DNA from: a virus
Length of the DNA: 64,000 nt
Direction: 5' to 3' (one strand)
IMG/VR virus record: IMGVR_UViG_3300000216_000003
Coordinates: 42,481 to 106,480 of that record
Shown here piece after piece: positions 8,853 to 18,887 of the stretch. The notes beneath the pieces are model-generated. The model had not been told where the DNA came from and searched no databases. It saw only the letters and a program-made list of their open reading frames with translations. The position numbers were made by a program, and so were the translations under genes. Numbering within the stretch: the stretch's first letter is position 1; the number at the start of each line of letters is the position of its first letter.

Positions 8853-10309
8853 TTATCATTAAATGGTGAGATTTGATTATCTTCTTGACTATAACTATCT
8901 TTAGCCATTGTCATATTTACAGCATCAATATACATACTAAAACAACCTTCTTTTGTCTCAAATAATTTTTCATCAATTCCAATATGCAATAATTCTTTTT
9001 CATATTTACGGGCAAGACCAGTATCGATACCAATCTCAATATCTTTAATTTTATCACCGGCTAATTTAAGAGTTAAACCAATTAGCCAATTATTATAATA
9101 ATTAGGATCAAAAGATTCTCCTCTACCAACAGGTTTAAAGTCGAGTAAAGTAATTCTTGCATTTGATAATCCTTGCATATGTGTAATTATATCATAAAAA
9201 TCATGAATAGAGCTACTTCCCATTACATATTGAAAATTAAATTTATAATATTGCGGAGCATCTTTAGTAGTGTTTAATATATCTTCAGAATTAGAGATAC
9301 TAACTGCATAATTAGCTCCTAATTCATCTAATTGTTTTGAATTCTTACGAACATATTCAATATTACGAGTAGTGAAATTAGGAATAATGTCTTGTTTCCG
9401 AAACTGTTCAAGAATCTGTATAAAGTCTGGATGTGTTGTTGGTTCACCTCCTCCAATAGCTACTTCAAAAATATTGGCATCTCCAAGTGTTTTAATAATA
9501 TGAGACATATTATCCAAAGTAGCATGTTTTCCTTTAGTAGAACTACCTTGATAACAAAAACTACAACCAGTTTCACAATAGTCTGTAATCTTTACATCTA
9601 CTAGTTCAGGAGTTGTCGATTTGATATAATCAGGGTGTGAACCATTTAATGTAAACCGTATCTTAGTTCCATTACTTTGATTAAATACAGCCCAATATCC
9701 TTTATCTTTTCTTGCTATTACTTTTAATTTAGCAGCCCCATATGGAACATATTGTTGAATAGCATCTAAAGCATTAGGAGTTTTATACTCATCAGTAACA
9801 TATTCTTCTTTATCTTCATCATAGTATTCAGAATATGTGTCTGCGCTTAAATAATGACCATCCCCATTATCATTTCCACCAAGAATAACAATTTGATCAT
9901 TATTCCCAATATATGCAATAACATCATCTAAAAAATTAGAGTTTGGTTTATTATCCCTATGTGAATATGGAAATGTAAAACTAGACTGATGATCAACATA
10001 AGAGGGCTTAAAACCTTCTACTTCACCTTCATCACCTTCAATATACTGTTTAGCACATTCTTTACCAACACGACGAAAAGTATCTTTTAATGCTCGTCGT
10101 TCAAGAGAGTTCTCTTCTGTTTGTCCTATAATTAAAGATAACATATAATGTTGTTTTGCTATTGGTGAAACTAATGTAAAATCATTCCAACCATATTGAC
10201 CAACATCACTATCTCCAATATCATCAGAGAAAGTATCTTTCTTAAAAACAATTGAGTGACTACTGCTACTATTTGTAGCAAATCCATATCGAATACTAGA
10301 AACTTTCAT
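8825..10309 (-). CDS. Radical SAM protein with N-terminal F.TNSSSSH domain
   Basis: CETGCSFC (CxxxCxxC), GGGEPT; N-terminal RYGFATNSSSSHS. Confidence 0.9.
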   Translation of the reverse strand: MKVSSIRYGFATNSSSSHSIVFKKDTFSDDIGDSDVGQYGWNDFTLVSPIAKQHYMLSLIIGQTEENSLERRALKDTFRRVGKECAKQYIEGDEGEVEGFKPSYVDHQSSFTFPYSHRDNKPNSNFLDDVIAYIGNNDQIVILGGNDNGDGHYLSADTYSEYYDEDKEEYVTDEYKTPNALDAIQQYVPYGAAKLKVIARKDKGYWAVFNQSNGTKIRFTLNGSHPDYIKSTTPELVDVKITDYCETGCSFCYQGSSTKGKHATLDNMSHIIKTLGDANIFEVAIGGGEPTTHPDFIQILEQFRKQDIIPNFTTRNIEYVRKNSKQLDELGANYAVSISNSEDILNTTKDAPQYYKFNFQYVMGSSSIHDFYDIITHMQGLSNARITLLDFKPVGRGESFDPNYYNNWLIGLTLKLAGDKIKDIEIGIDTGLARKYEKELLHIGIDEKLFETKEGCFSMYIDAVNMTMAKDSYSQEDNQISPFNDKWISTFQTY

Positions 10310-10712
10310 CTATATCTACCTCTATAGTTTTAACTTTCTCAAGTTGATGTGTTGAATTAAATACATCATCAACTGGAATAGAAACCTTTTTCTCCCCAGT
10401 CATAAATTCCCCAGTCTTCTTATTTCTATATAAGGTAACATGAAAAGAATTAGATGTAATATTTACTAAATTTAATTCAGGATTGCCTTCTTTATGTTCT
10501 CCATCTAATGACCACTGATGTAGTGCAGTACCATCATCAATAGAATCTGTTATATATCCTATTAATGGATACCCAAGTTTACCTTGAGTAGATATAATAT
10601 CTGCTGTATATTCTCCATTAGCTGTCATCATTGGATCTTTTAGTCTTAATAATCGTTTTGAAGCAGATGGTAATCCATTTAACTTTGGTTGTGTAATTGG
10701 AGTATCACTCAT
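10296..10712 (-). CDS. Hypothetical protein, paralog of 10705..10917
   Basis: T..G...I...G..(Y/F)..IGYI...LH.W..DG pattern; start reassigned to MSDTP. Confidence 0.65.
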   Translation of the reverse strand: MSDTPITQPKLNGLPSASKRLLRLKDPMMTANGEYTADIISTQGKLGYPLIGYITDSIDDGTALHQWSLDGEHKEGNPELNLVNITSNSFHVTLYRNKKTGEFMTGEKKVSIPVDDVFNSTHQLEKVKTIEVDIDESF

Positions 10713-10917
10713 TTTGAATACCTTCAAATATTGGTTCTATAATTGAATAATCTTCTACATTATAAACACTATTACCATCATCATCCCAAGCATGTAACTT
10801 ATTATTATCTTCAATATAACCAATATGTCTGAAAGGATGTCTTCCTTTCTTTGTAATATAGTGGATCCAAGATCCAGTTTTTGTTTTAAGTAAAGAAGGG
10901 TTACTCCAGTCGATCAT
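10705..10917 (-). CDS. Hypothetical protein
   Basis: Start MIDWSN has a GGAG SD and follows promoter 10949-10960; the ORF-track extension crosses two promoters. Confidence 0.65.
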   Translation of the reverse strand: MIDWSNPSLLKTKTGSWIHYITKKGRHPFRHIGYIEDNNKLHAWDDDGNSVYNVEDYSIIEPIFEGIQNE

Positions 10918-11057
10918 TATTAGTACTCCAATAAGTAAATTATATTCTATTATATCTATATGAGATAATTGAAAGCTTGAATCAAAAATATATAGATATA
11001 ATATATTAGAATCTAATATTTTTAGATTTTTCATTTTACCTTTAAGGAGCCTAACCT

Positions 11058-11408
11058 ATGTCTGAAGAAAATACACCTACCCACGAAGCACAGTCTGATA
11101 CTCAAACAGAGCCCACAGAAGAACAAAAACAATTATTTATGCAGAAGATGCAAATGAAAGCTCAACAAGAAGCTTTACTAAAACATCAAATTGTTCAGTC
11201 TGCGTCTACAATTTTAGCTGGCATTTTTTCAAATACAACATCAAGTGTCGGTGGAATTAATAGTGATCCAACTAAGAATCTAGCTATTCGCAATAAGAGA
11301 CTAGAAAAAGTCGGAGTTGCCGTAGATACTGCTATTACACTTATTTCTTATGTTAATGGTCTTGATCTTGATAAAGATGTCAAGAAGATGGGCCAAGAAA
11401 AGAAATAA
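11058..11408 (+). CDS. Hypothetical protein
   Basis: Promoter 10991-11002, AAGGAG SD, downstream inverted repeat. Confidence 0.75.
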   Translation: MSEENTPTHEAQSDTQTEPTEEQKQLFMQKMQMKAQQEALLKHQIVQSASTILAGIFSNTTSSVGGINSDPTKNLAIRNKRLEKVGVAVDTAITLISYVNGLDLDKDVKKMGQEKK

Positions 11409-11426
11409 AATATATTTTTATTTTAC

Positions 11427-11473
11427 AAGTAATAACTCAGGTTACTATCTCGAGTAAACCTGAGTTATTACTT
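11427..11473. terminator. Long inverted repeat, probable bidirectional terminator
   Basis: aagtaataactcaggtt...aacctgagttattactt. Confidence 0.7.
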
Positions 11474-11645
11474 CATTTCATGGACAACTCTACCCCCATG
11501 AAATACTACCATAATTTTAAGCATTATCTTTATAATAGAGACAATGCTGCCGTAAGTTAACATGGGTAAAGTTAAAACTCACACCAGTATAATACTTAAA
11601 CTATAGCGGGCCACCGACTTATAGAGTATAGTGGCGGTAGCTTGA
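11427..11645 (-). ncRNA. Candidate structured ncRNA (about 170-220 nt)
   Basis: Own promoter 11652-11663; no convincing ORF; several stems with minus-strand G.U pairs; ends at the terminator. Confidence 0.5.
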
Positions 11646-11693
11646 TATTATATTATATCTATATCAAATCCTTTAAAAAATAAAGGACGTTTT

Positions 11694-13322
11694 TTACGCC
11701 CAGTACAGTTTATTATATCTAATTACATTTTCTGTTGGATCTCCAATCATTTCTATAGCATAAGGAGAACGTCTGCAAATAGCATATGCATTCTCTTCGA
11801 TTGGGGTATCTCTAAATTTTATTAATATATTTACCCAAATATTATCCCAATATCTCCAAGACTTATTATCTAATAATAATGTATATGCATAGGATAATCT
11901 CATTTTTAACTCCAATATAATTTATTATAGTTTTCGACTGCTGTTGTTGGATTCTTAATTACTTCTATAGTATGGTCTGCTACTCTACATATTTTATATG
12001 CATTCTCTTCAGTTGGTGTTTTCTCAAATTCTAATAGTAATAATTTCCATTTAATATCCCAAGAAGTATGTGGTGGTTCTTTTAACATTTGAACAAATTT
12101 ATCAGATAATTCCACTATTAACTCCAATATAATTTATTATAAGTTTCGACTGCTGGTGTTGGATCTTTAATATTATTAATAGATTTAGGAAAAAATTTAC
12201 AAACAATACATGCATTCTCTTCACTTGGTTTTCTGTGAAAATTCAATAAAGCTTGTTTATACCCCCTATTATTTCTTTTCTTCCTCCATTTTTTATTTAT
12301 AATCTTAATAGATTCTTCGGATAATTTCATTAAGACCACCACATCTTATGATATGTTATGACTGTTTCTGGGACATCTTTACAATACTTCAATATATCTG
12401 GATATACTTGTATTAATTTATTTATATCAGAAATTGATATATCTTCATACTTATATGATTCTTTATTCTTAAACCATTCATAATAACCATGTGAATTTAA
12501 CATAATATGTAGAGATGCTGTTAGTCTATTTTGACTATCGGGGATATAATCAACAGGACATTCAATAGTCGCTTTTTTTACCGTTGTATTTATTTGCATT
12601 ATACCTCCTGTAGTTTTATATATGTCTTTAGTTCTTGAGTAGGGTTTATAACCCAAGCATAGAATGTGTTGCTCCATGTTTGTTGTTCTGAATGTCTTTG
12701 TCTAAACATATGATATATATTTATAGCGTTTTCGAACGTTGGATCGGCTGCCATCTTAAAGAATCCGTCTCGCCATTCAATTTCATCTGGAGTGGTAGAG
12801 TGCCAGGATTGAGTAATTATGTCTTCTCGTAAGTGCATTAAGACTCCATTAGTTTTACGTAGTTGATTAGTTCTTGAGATGGGTCTTCGAACCAGGTGAA
12901 GAAAGAACCCTTATCCCATATATCATTATCGAAATTATTAATTTTATATTGGTATATATTTATGGCATTTTCGAATGTTGGATTATTGTGGAATATTAAA
13001 AACACTTCTTTCCAATCATCATGTTTCCATACATCTTCATCAACATCTATTAAATCGCAAAGTACTTCTTTTGATAATTGCATTAGGAATCCATTAGTTT
13101 TACGTAGTTGATTAGTTCTTGAGATGGGTCTTCGAACCAAGAGAGGAAGCCGATTGAAGTCCATGCGTTATTCTCAAAATGTTTCGATTTTAAATGATAT
13201 ATATTTATAGCATTTTCAAGTGTAGGCTCTTTCATAAATAATATAAAACTATTTTTCCATTCTGGATCAGTTTTCCAATAGCTATGCATTACTGTATTTT
13301 CTGTATCATGAGTTAGTTTCAT
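11694..13322 (-). other. Tandem array of seven small paralogs (about 11694-11903, 11906-12115, 12118-12330, 12330-12599, 12599-12838, 12838-13083, 13083-13322)
   Basis: Shared P(T/S).ENA motif (six of seven) and C-terminal P....(N/T)Y.KL.(W/E); several ORF-track starts are over-extended. Confidence 0.8.
12845..13139. repeat. 50-bp identical direct repeat (12845-12894 and 13090-13139) at the 3' ends of adjacent paralogs
   Basis: tccattagttttacgtagttgattagttcttgagatgggtcttcgaacca in both. Confidence 0.9.
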
Positions 13323-13487
13323 TATATTTTTCCTTCGTTAATTTATTTAGCTGTAAAAATACATTTTCGCTATATTTTATCAAAGATGAAGAAAATATAA
13401 ACGAAGATACATCAAACACGTCGTTGAGCCTCCCACGGCAAATGAAAAGATTAAATTTAAAACCCTTTCATTAAAATAATATCTATA

Positions 13488-14065
13488 TATTAGTTTTGAA
13501 AACTTGGAAGCGGCCAGGGGATTCCTCTCTTCCTTTATTTTTTATGTATATTCAATAAAAAATCATAAATTTTAATGTAATTATACATAATTTTTATAAA
13601 TCTAACTATTAACTTAAAAAAACAGAGTTTCAGCGCGACGGCGAAACCCTAACAAAAGCTGTTAAGTTTTTAACTATATCAAATACTGAGTTAGACCTCC
13701 CACTTAAAAAATTTTTAGAAAAAAATGCCCCGTAAAACTATTCTAACTTCTATTAAGTAGTTTCACTTCTGAGACCAGAGTGCTACTTTTACTTAGCTCC
13801 TTAGAATAGGAAGAGTTAAGACAACTCACTTTGAATTATCTTAAGTACAAGTTTATTATTTCTATTAATTCTTAGTATTTTATTTTTTAATTTAATTAAC
13901 TTATTGTCTTAGTTTACTTTAAAATCTTTAAGAAAGATATAATGAGTAATAGATACTATCTAGTTCAATTTCTTTTGGTTATGGAATATTATATATATAT
14001 ATTCTTGGTTCTTCACACTTTGACCTAATAAGTCCTTATTTTTACTGTATTTTTTAAAACTTATA
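13488..14065. other. Large AT-rich non-coding region at the strand switch, between divergent promoters (candidate origin/control region)
   Basis: About 580 nt without an ORF; flanked by promoter motifs 13476(-) and 14066(+). Confidence 0.4.
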
Positions 14066-14135
14066 TATAGATATTATAAAGTAAAGAATAGGGTTATTTT
14101 TCAGACTTAACTTAAATACAGGGAGTATACTCAAA

Positions 14136-14633
14136 ATGAATACTGAAGATCAGCATATGCGCGGAGTTAATGAAGTGGTAATTAATAAGGTTCCTTATAT
14201 ATCGGTTACTTATGGGAGACGAGGAAACGATAATTATAGAAACCATCGTATACCTCTTGATGGAAGGTATGATAAAAAAGATGCATTCAAGATAGGGAAA
14301 TTCTTGCGAATGGATATATCATTTGGAAATCCAGATGCAACTGTTGAAAGTACTATAAGAAACCATAAAGAATTATCACATCTAGAATATAGTGGATTAG
14401 ATTCTACAAATACTAGTGGGATTGCTGGGGTTTTTTTTACTAAAAATAACAATAGCTGGCGAGCTTATTTTGGAACACCTAGTACATCTACTCATAAAAG
14501 CGCATCTTTTTCTATTAAAAAATTCGGGAATGATAAAGCCAAACGAAAGGCAATTACTCTAAGAAAATTATGGGAAGGTGGCTCTAATATTACCCGCAAA
14601 GAATTTCTAAAGATGATCTCCGGCGTTTGTTAA
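14136..14633 (+). CDS. AP2-domain DNA-binding protein
   Basis: NTSGIAGV..., SWRAYF, SFSIKKFGNDKAKRKAITLRK; terminator hairpin at about 14646-14670. Confidence 0.7.
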   Translation: MNTEDQHMRGVNEVVINKVPYISVTYGRRGNDNYRNHRIPLDGRYDKKDAFKIGKFLRMDISFGNPDATVESTIRNHKELSHLEYSGLDSTNTSGIAGVFFTKNNNSWRAYFGTPSTSTHKSASFSIKKFGNDKAKRKAITLRKLWEGGSNITRKEFLKMISGVC

Positions 14634-14740
14634 TCTTTTCAACTGCTCCTAGGACTTTCCTAGGGGCTTTTATTTTTGGACCAAAGATATATAGATATAA
14701 TATATTGAAAATAAATTTTTAAGAATTATAGGAATTTAAT

Positions 14741-15997
14741 ATGTGGATTGATGAGAATGATTTAAGAGTATTACATGTATATGATCTCGATCTATTTGAA
14801 CTTGGTCGATTACCGTCTGATAAACAAATACAAAATAATCCAGATGTTGTGTCAATGGAAGACTGCATAGAACTTTTAAACTATGTCGAAGTTGATGAAG
14901 ATGAAGCATTAGAATTAATCCGCAAGTGGAAGTTCACAATTAAATATATTGAGGAACCGACAATTGCAGTTACTAATTATCATACTCTATTATGGGAAGT
15001 TTAAATGATTTCAACTCAAGATGCTAGTGGTATCCATTTTACATTTGATAATAAATTTATATTAAGTATTCAATATGGATATGGTAATTATTGTGAGAAT
15101 AGAAGTGTTGATCAGACATTAGATAAGCCAGTTGATTATTTATCTTTAAATCACAAACCACATAAATCAATAAATGCTGAAATTGCTATATTGCATCAAG
15201 ATAAAGATATTAAATTCTATGAAAATAACGATATGATGACATTTGGCAGAGTTGCTAATGGATTAGATGATGAAGTAGCCGGATGGATCCCTACAGAGAA
15301 GATTATGGATGTAATGGAATGGGTAAGACGATTACCAACTACATATAGACATACTTGTGATATATTAGACTTTCCAATTAAAGGTAGAATAGTAGAAGAT
15401 GACTATCGGAATATTCTCTGGTACCCAAAACCATGGAATAATGAGTTAATATTTAAGGCTATTACTCAATCTGAGGATGCTATTCATTATATTGAATCAC
15501 CATCTATAGATATTCAAAATTATTATAAATTAAAATGGATAGTATAATGCATGTTAATAAAGTAGTATTAAATATTGCAAGAACTAAATTTAATATAGAT
15601 AGTAAACTTAAACATTTAGTACTTAATTTTAATGATAATCCAACTGAAGAGAATGCTTATGAATTTTGTCGCCATTATGAAATCACAATACCGTTATTTA
15701 TTAAGAACCCTACGGATAATGTTCGGAATTATCACAAACTCTTCTGGTCCTAAACAAATGACAGTTAGTCGATTGGTCTATCGTATGATGATTGAAAATA
15801 AACATGCTCCAAATGACCCTGGGACTATTTATTGGTCAACAAACGTTCCAGTTTCTAATACTGAAGTATTGAATATATTAGCATCTGATAGAGGCCTAAT
15901 GCAAAGTACTTTAATGAGTTATCTAAATAATCCAACTCCAGAAGTAACTAAGTTTTGGGAACGTGAACAATTATATAGGAAACTAAAAGAAGTATGA
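14741..15997 (+). other. Array of four genes with the NPT/Y.KL tail family (14741-15004, 15005-15547, 15547-15753, 15758-15997)
   Basis: Tails IEEPTIAVTNYHTLLWEV, IESPSIDIQNYYKLKWIV, IKNPTDNVRNYHKLFWS, LNNPTPEV...YRKLKEV. Confidence 0.75.
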
Positions 15998-17610
15998 TGG
16001 ATTTACCAGTACGATATATTCCAATAAATTATCAAACTTTTAGAGCAGTTATTAAGATAACCGTTAAACCAATGGTAAATACTCTACGGATCGAGTATAG
16101 TTATCATGACCTCAAACAGCCACAACTAATACAAACTGTGGAGAAAGCTTTTCTAGAGGACCCCTCTGCTAATAATATATTTAATACTCTACCACTAGAA
16201 ATGTTATTTAAACATGACATCTCTGTGGCTCAAGCAGCATCTCTGGTTTTTTATCTTGAGAATAAATTAAAAGATCCGAAAGATTTTATCCCGATTGACT
16301 TACCAAATTTAAAATTATATCTACAAAAGTCTCAAATCTATTTAATATATACATTTATTAAATCCGTATCTGAACAATATGAAATAATATTATCTAATTT
16401 AAAAAATGAAGGAAATAATAAAAAGAATGAAGATACTAAAGAGGAGGAAGTAAGTAATGCTAGCAGATCTACTACTTCCGGCGATGTTCGTAACGATGTT
16501 CCTGTTGTTCCTAGTAGAGTTGATAAATCACTGTTGCCCGAGAAGAACGGAGAAATAACAGATATTTTAGAAGAGGCTTTTTCCCTTTCTCCTAATAAAA
16601 TTGTTAATTTCTACTTAACTAAGCAAATCATTAATAATAGTCACAGCTGTATCATAGAAGAGAACGGGAATAATATCACCATTGGGATAATCCCCCTTAT
16701 AGATGTTGAACTTTATAGTTATTCTCTATCTAATGTTAGTGATTTGAATAATGTTATTAATTCTTTTGATATTAATCAAGATGATATTATTATTAAGATT
16801 AAAACAGCATGTCAACATTTAAATTATATAATTAATGAACGGCAAAATGTGAAACCATTATTGTTAACGGCGGCATTACAAGTGGTTTCATTCTTAATCT
16901 ATCTTTACCGTATTAAATTGCCAAATACTAAATCGGATAACTTCGAGAACATTATTAATGGTTCAATTCAAAGAATTATGATTAATGTATTCAAAAGTCA
17001 GACTTCAATCCTCTTTAAGTTTAAAGATTATTTGGAATTAGATTATGATGAAGAAATTAAGACTATTAATTCATCAGTTGAGAAATACAATTATCTATTA
17101 AAAATTGATAAAGATGAATTTATCGATAGTGTACTGGCGGATGTTAAAACATCTAAAACAACTGAAGAAGAATTAGAATTACCCTTGATTAATACACCTA
17201 CTGTGATTGATATTACTAAGTATTTTGGTACTACTATTGATTGGAAAAATGATAAACGTCTTTTGGCATATGAAGTTATTGAAAATCCTAGACACAAAGT
17301 CATTAGTCAGTCATATAATCAATTACTAAAAATTAGCCAAAGTGGTACGAATCTTGCGATAAAAAATATGAATTTGATTGTCTCGAAATATTATGATATA
17401 ATTACAACTAAGATATTTAAAGAAATTGACAATAATCAAGAACTAGTAAAGACTAATGTTAGTACATTATTATTAATGAAAAAGTTTATTATTCCATTTG
17501 TAAGTAAAAGTACAAGTACATATACCCTCCTATTTTTATTATATCAAGTAGTAATACCACATATTCATAATATGCATGGACAAACTCAGTTCATAGATGT
17601 ATTTCACTAA
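15994..17610 (+). CDS. Large helical hypothetical protein (538 aa)
   Basis: Long ORF with no recognisable catalytic motif. Confidence 0.8.
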   Translation: MMDLPVRYIPINYQTFRAVIKITVKPMVNTLRIEYSYHDLKQPQLIQTVEKAFLEDPSANNIFNTLPLEMLFKHDISVAQAASLVFYLENKLKDPKDFIPIDLPNLKLYLQKSQIYLIYTFIKSVSEQYEIILSNLKNEGNNKKNEDTKEEEVSNASRSTTSGDVRNDVPVVPSRVDKSLLPEKNGEITDILEEAFSLSPNKIVNFYLTKQIINNSHSCIIEENGNNITIGIIPLIDVELYSYSLSNVSDLNNVINSFDINQDDIIIKIKTACQHLNYIINERQNVKPLLLTAALQVVSFLIYLYRIKLPNTKSDNFENIINGSIQRIMINVFKSQTSILFKFKDYLELDYDEEIKTINSSVEKYNYLLKIDKDEFIDSVLADVKTSKTTEEELELPLINTPTVIDITKYFGTTIDWKNDKRLLAYEVIENPRHKVISQSYNQLLKISQSGTNLAIKNMNLIVSKYYDIITTKIFKEIDNNQELVKTNVSTLLLMKKFIIPFVSKSTSTYTLLFLLYQVVIPHIHNMHGQTQFIDVFH

Positions 17611-17620
17611 TGAGGTTATA

Positions 17621-17794
17621 ATGATTGAAGAACTAAGACTTGAAATCGAAGGATTTCACAATGAACATAATATAGAAGCAGTAGCAGATAAAATTAATGA
17701 AATAATTCAATATTTAAATGCATTAGAAGAACAATTTGGTAATATGGCAGATGTGCTTGCTGAAATACCAAAAGATGCTGAGGACTGGGATTGA
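17621..17794 (+). CDS. Small acidic helical protein
   Basis: GAGG SD before MIEELR. Confidence 0.6.
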   Translation: MIEELRLEIEGFHNEHNIEAVADKINEIIQYLNALEEQFGNMADVLAEIPKDAEDWD

Positions 17795-17797
17795 GTA

Positions 17798-17914
17798 ATG
17801 CTATATTCAATATTTAAATATATGATAATTGTATTCTCACTTATCATATTTCTGACTGTGGGATCTGCTAGTCTTATACAGGTCATATATGTATTAATAC
17901 AAACGTTATCATAA
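17798..17914 (+). CDS. 38-aa single-TM peptide
   Basis: Fills the gap between genes; MLYSIFKYMIIVFSLIIFLTVG... Confidence 0.5.
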   Translation: MLYSIFKYMIIVFSLIIFLTVGSASLIQVIYVLIQTLS

Positions 17915-17929
17915 ATAAGGTATTTACTA

Positions 17930-18268
17930 ATGATTAAAGCATGTAAAAATTGTAGATGGGCTGGTAAGAAGCAGTTATTTATTATGAAATATCGAACTAT
18001 GATATGTAAAAATATAAAGAATGTCGGTTGGCGTGTAGAACCGCAAAATGAGACGGATTATACTACAGGAACGACTAAATATAATAATGGAGAATATATG
18101 ACATGTAATGTTGCTAGACTAGAACATCAGTCTTGTGGTAAAGAAGGTAAACATTTTGAGGCATATGATTCTATCATTAGTAAGATTAAATCATATGGGG
18201 GCACATTTATTATAATAGAAATTATAATATTAATAGAAGCCATATTTGTATTGAATATGTTTTTATAA
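17930..18268 (+). CDS. Cys-rich protein with C-terminal TM
   Basis: CKNC...C...CGKEGKHFE; hydrophobic tail. Confidence 0.7.
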   Translation: MIKACKNCRWAGKKQLFIMKYRTMICKNIKNVGWRVEPQNETDYTTGTTKYNNGEYMTCNVARLEHQSCGKEGKHFEAYDSIISKIKSYGGTFIIIEIIILIEAIFVLNMFL

Positions 18269-18279
18269 GGAATAAAATA

Positions 18280-18531
18280 ATGGCAGTATCGAAGATGATT
18301 ATCTGTAAAGTATGTAAAAAAGAAAAGTATGTTACCTATTCACTTGGATATTGTGGTCTAGATCCATCTACTTGTAATGAATGCGAGAAACTAGCAAAGG
18401 CAAAAGAGAAATCTCAATATTTATTGGCATTGGCTAATAAACCAATTATAGAAAGGCTAGCTGCGATTGAAGAATGGATGTATAAAGAAGATCGCAAACC
18501 AAAATACGATAATGAACGAATATTATATTAA
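18280..18531 (+). CDS. Zinc-ribbon protein
   Basis: CKVC...CNEC. Confidence 0.7.
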   Translation: MAVSKMIICKVCKKEKYVTYSLGYCGLDPSTCNECEKLAKAKEKSQYLLALANKPIIERLAAIEEWMYKEDRKPKYDNERILY

Positions 18532-18566
18532 AATTTAAGTTTTCATCAATCTTATATAGATATAAT

Positions 18567-18720
18567 CAATTGTAGTAATAAGAATCCTTATTAAAAATAA
18601 ATTAAGGACTAAATAATTGATTCAAGCATCAACTGAAGGATCAGGCGGCTGGGTTGGGGCTGACTGATATATTAAAGATTGGACGATATTCGAAAGAGTG
18701 TCGTCCAATTTATTATATTT
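18567..18720 (+). ncRNA. Candidate small RNA (or 16-aa sORF unit) with own promoter and GAAA-capped terminal hairpin
   Basis: Promoter 18555-18566; hairpin attggacgatattc-GAAA-gagtgtcgtccaat with plus-strand G.U pairs; next promoter at 18763. Confidence 0.45.
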
Positions 18721-18887
18721 GTTCATAGAAAAAGTCCACAACTACGTTTTGAAATATGTTCCTATAGATATAATATATTGAAAGGTAATTTTTTTGTTAT
18801 TTACATTTATATTTTTATAGGAAGAACTTAGGGCTCCTCCCAGTTCTTTCCTATAATTTTTCAACTTTACATAAAAGGATAATTAAT

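Noticed and set aside
8825-10309. QueE partner for the DpdA-like gene
   Set aside because: Too long, lacks the QueE N-terminal QGEG signature, and lies 40 kb away
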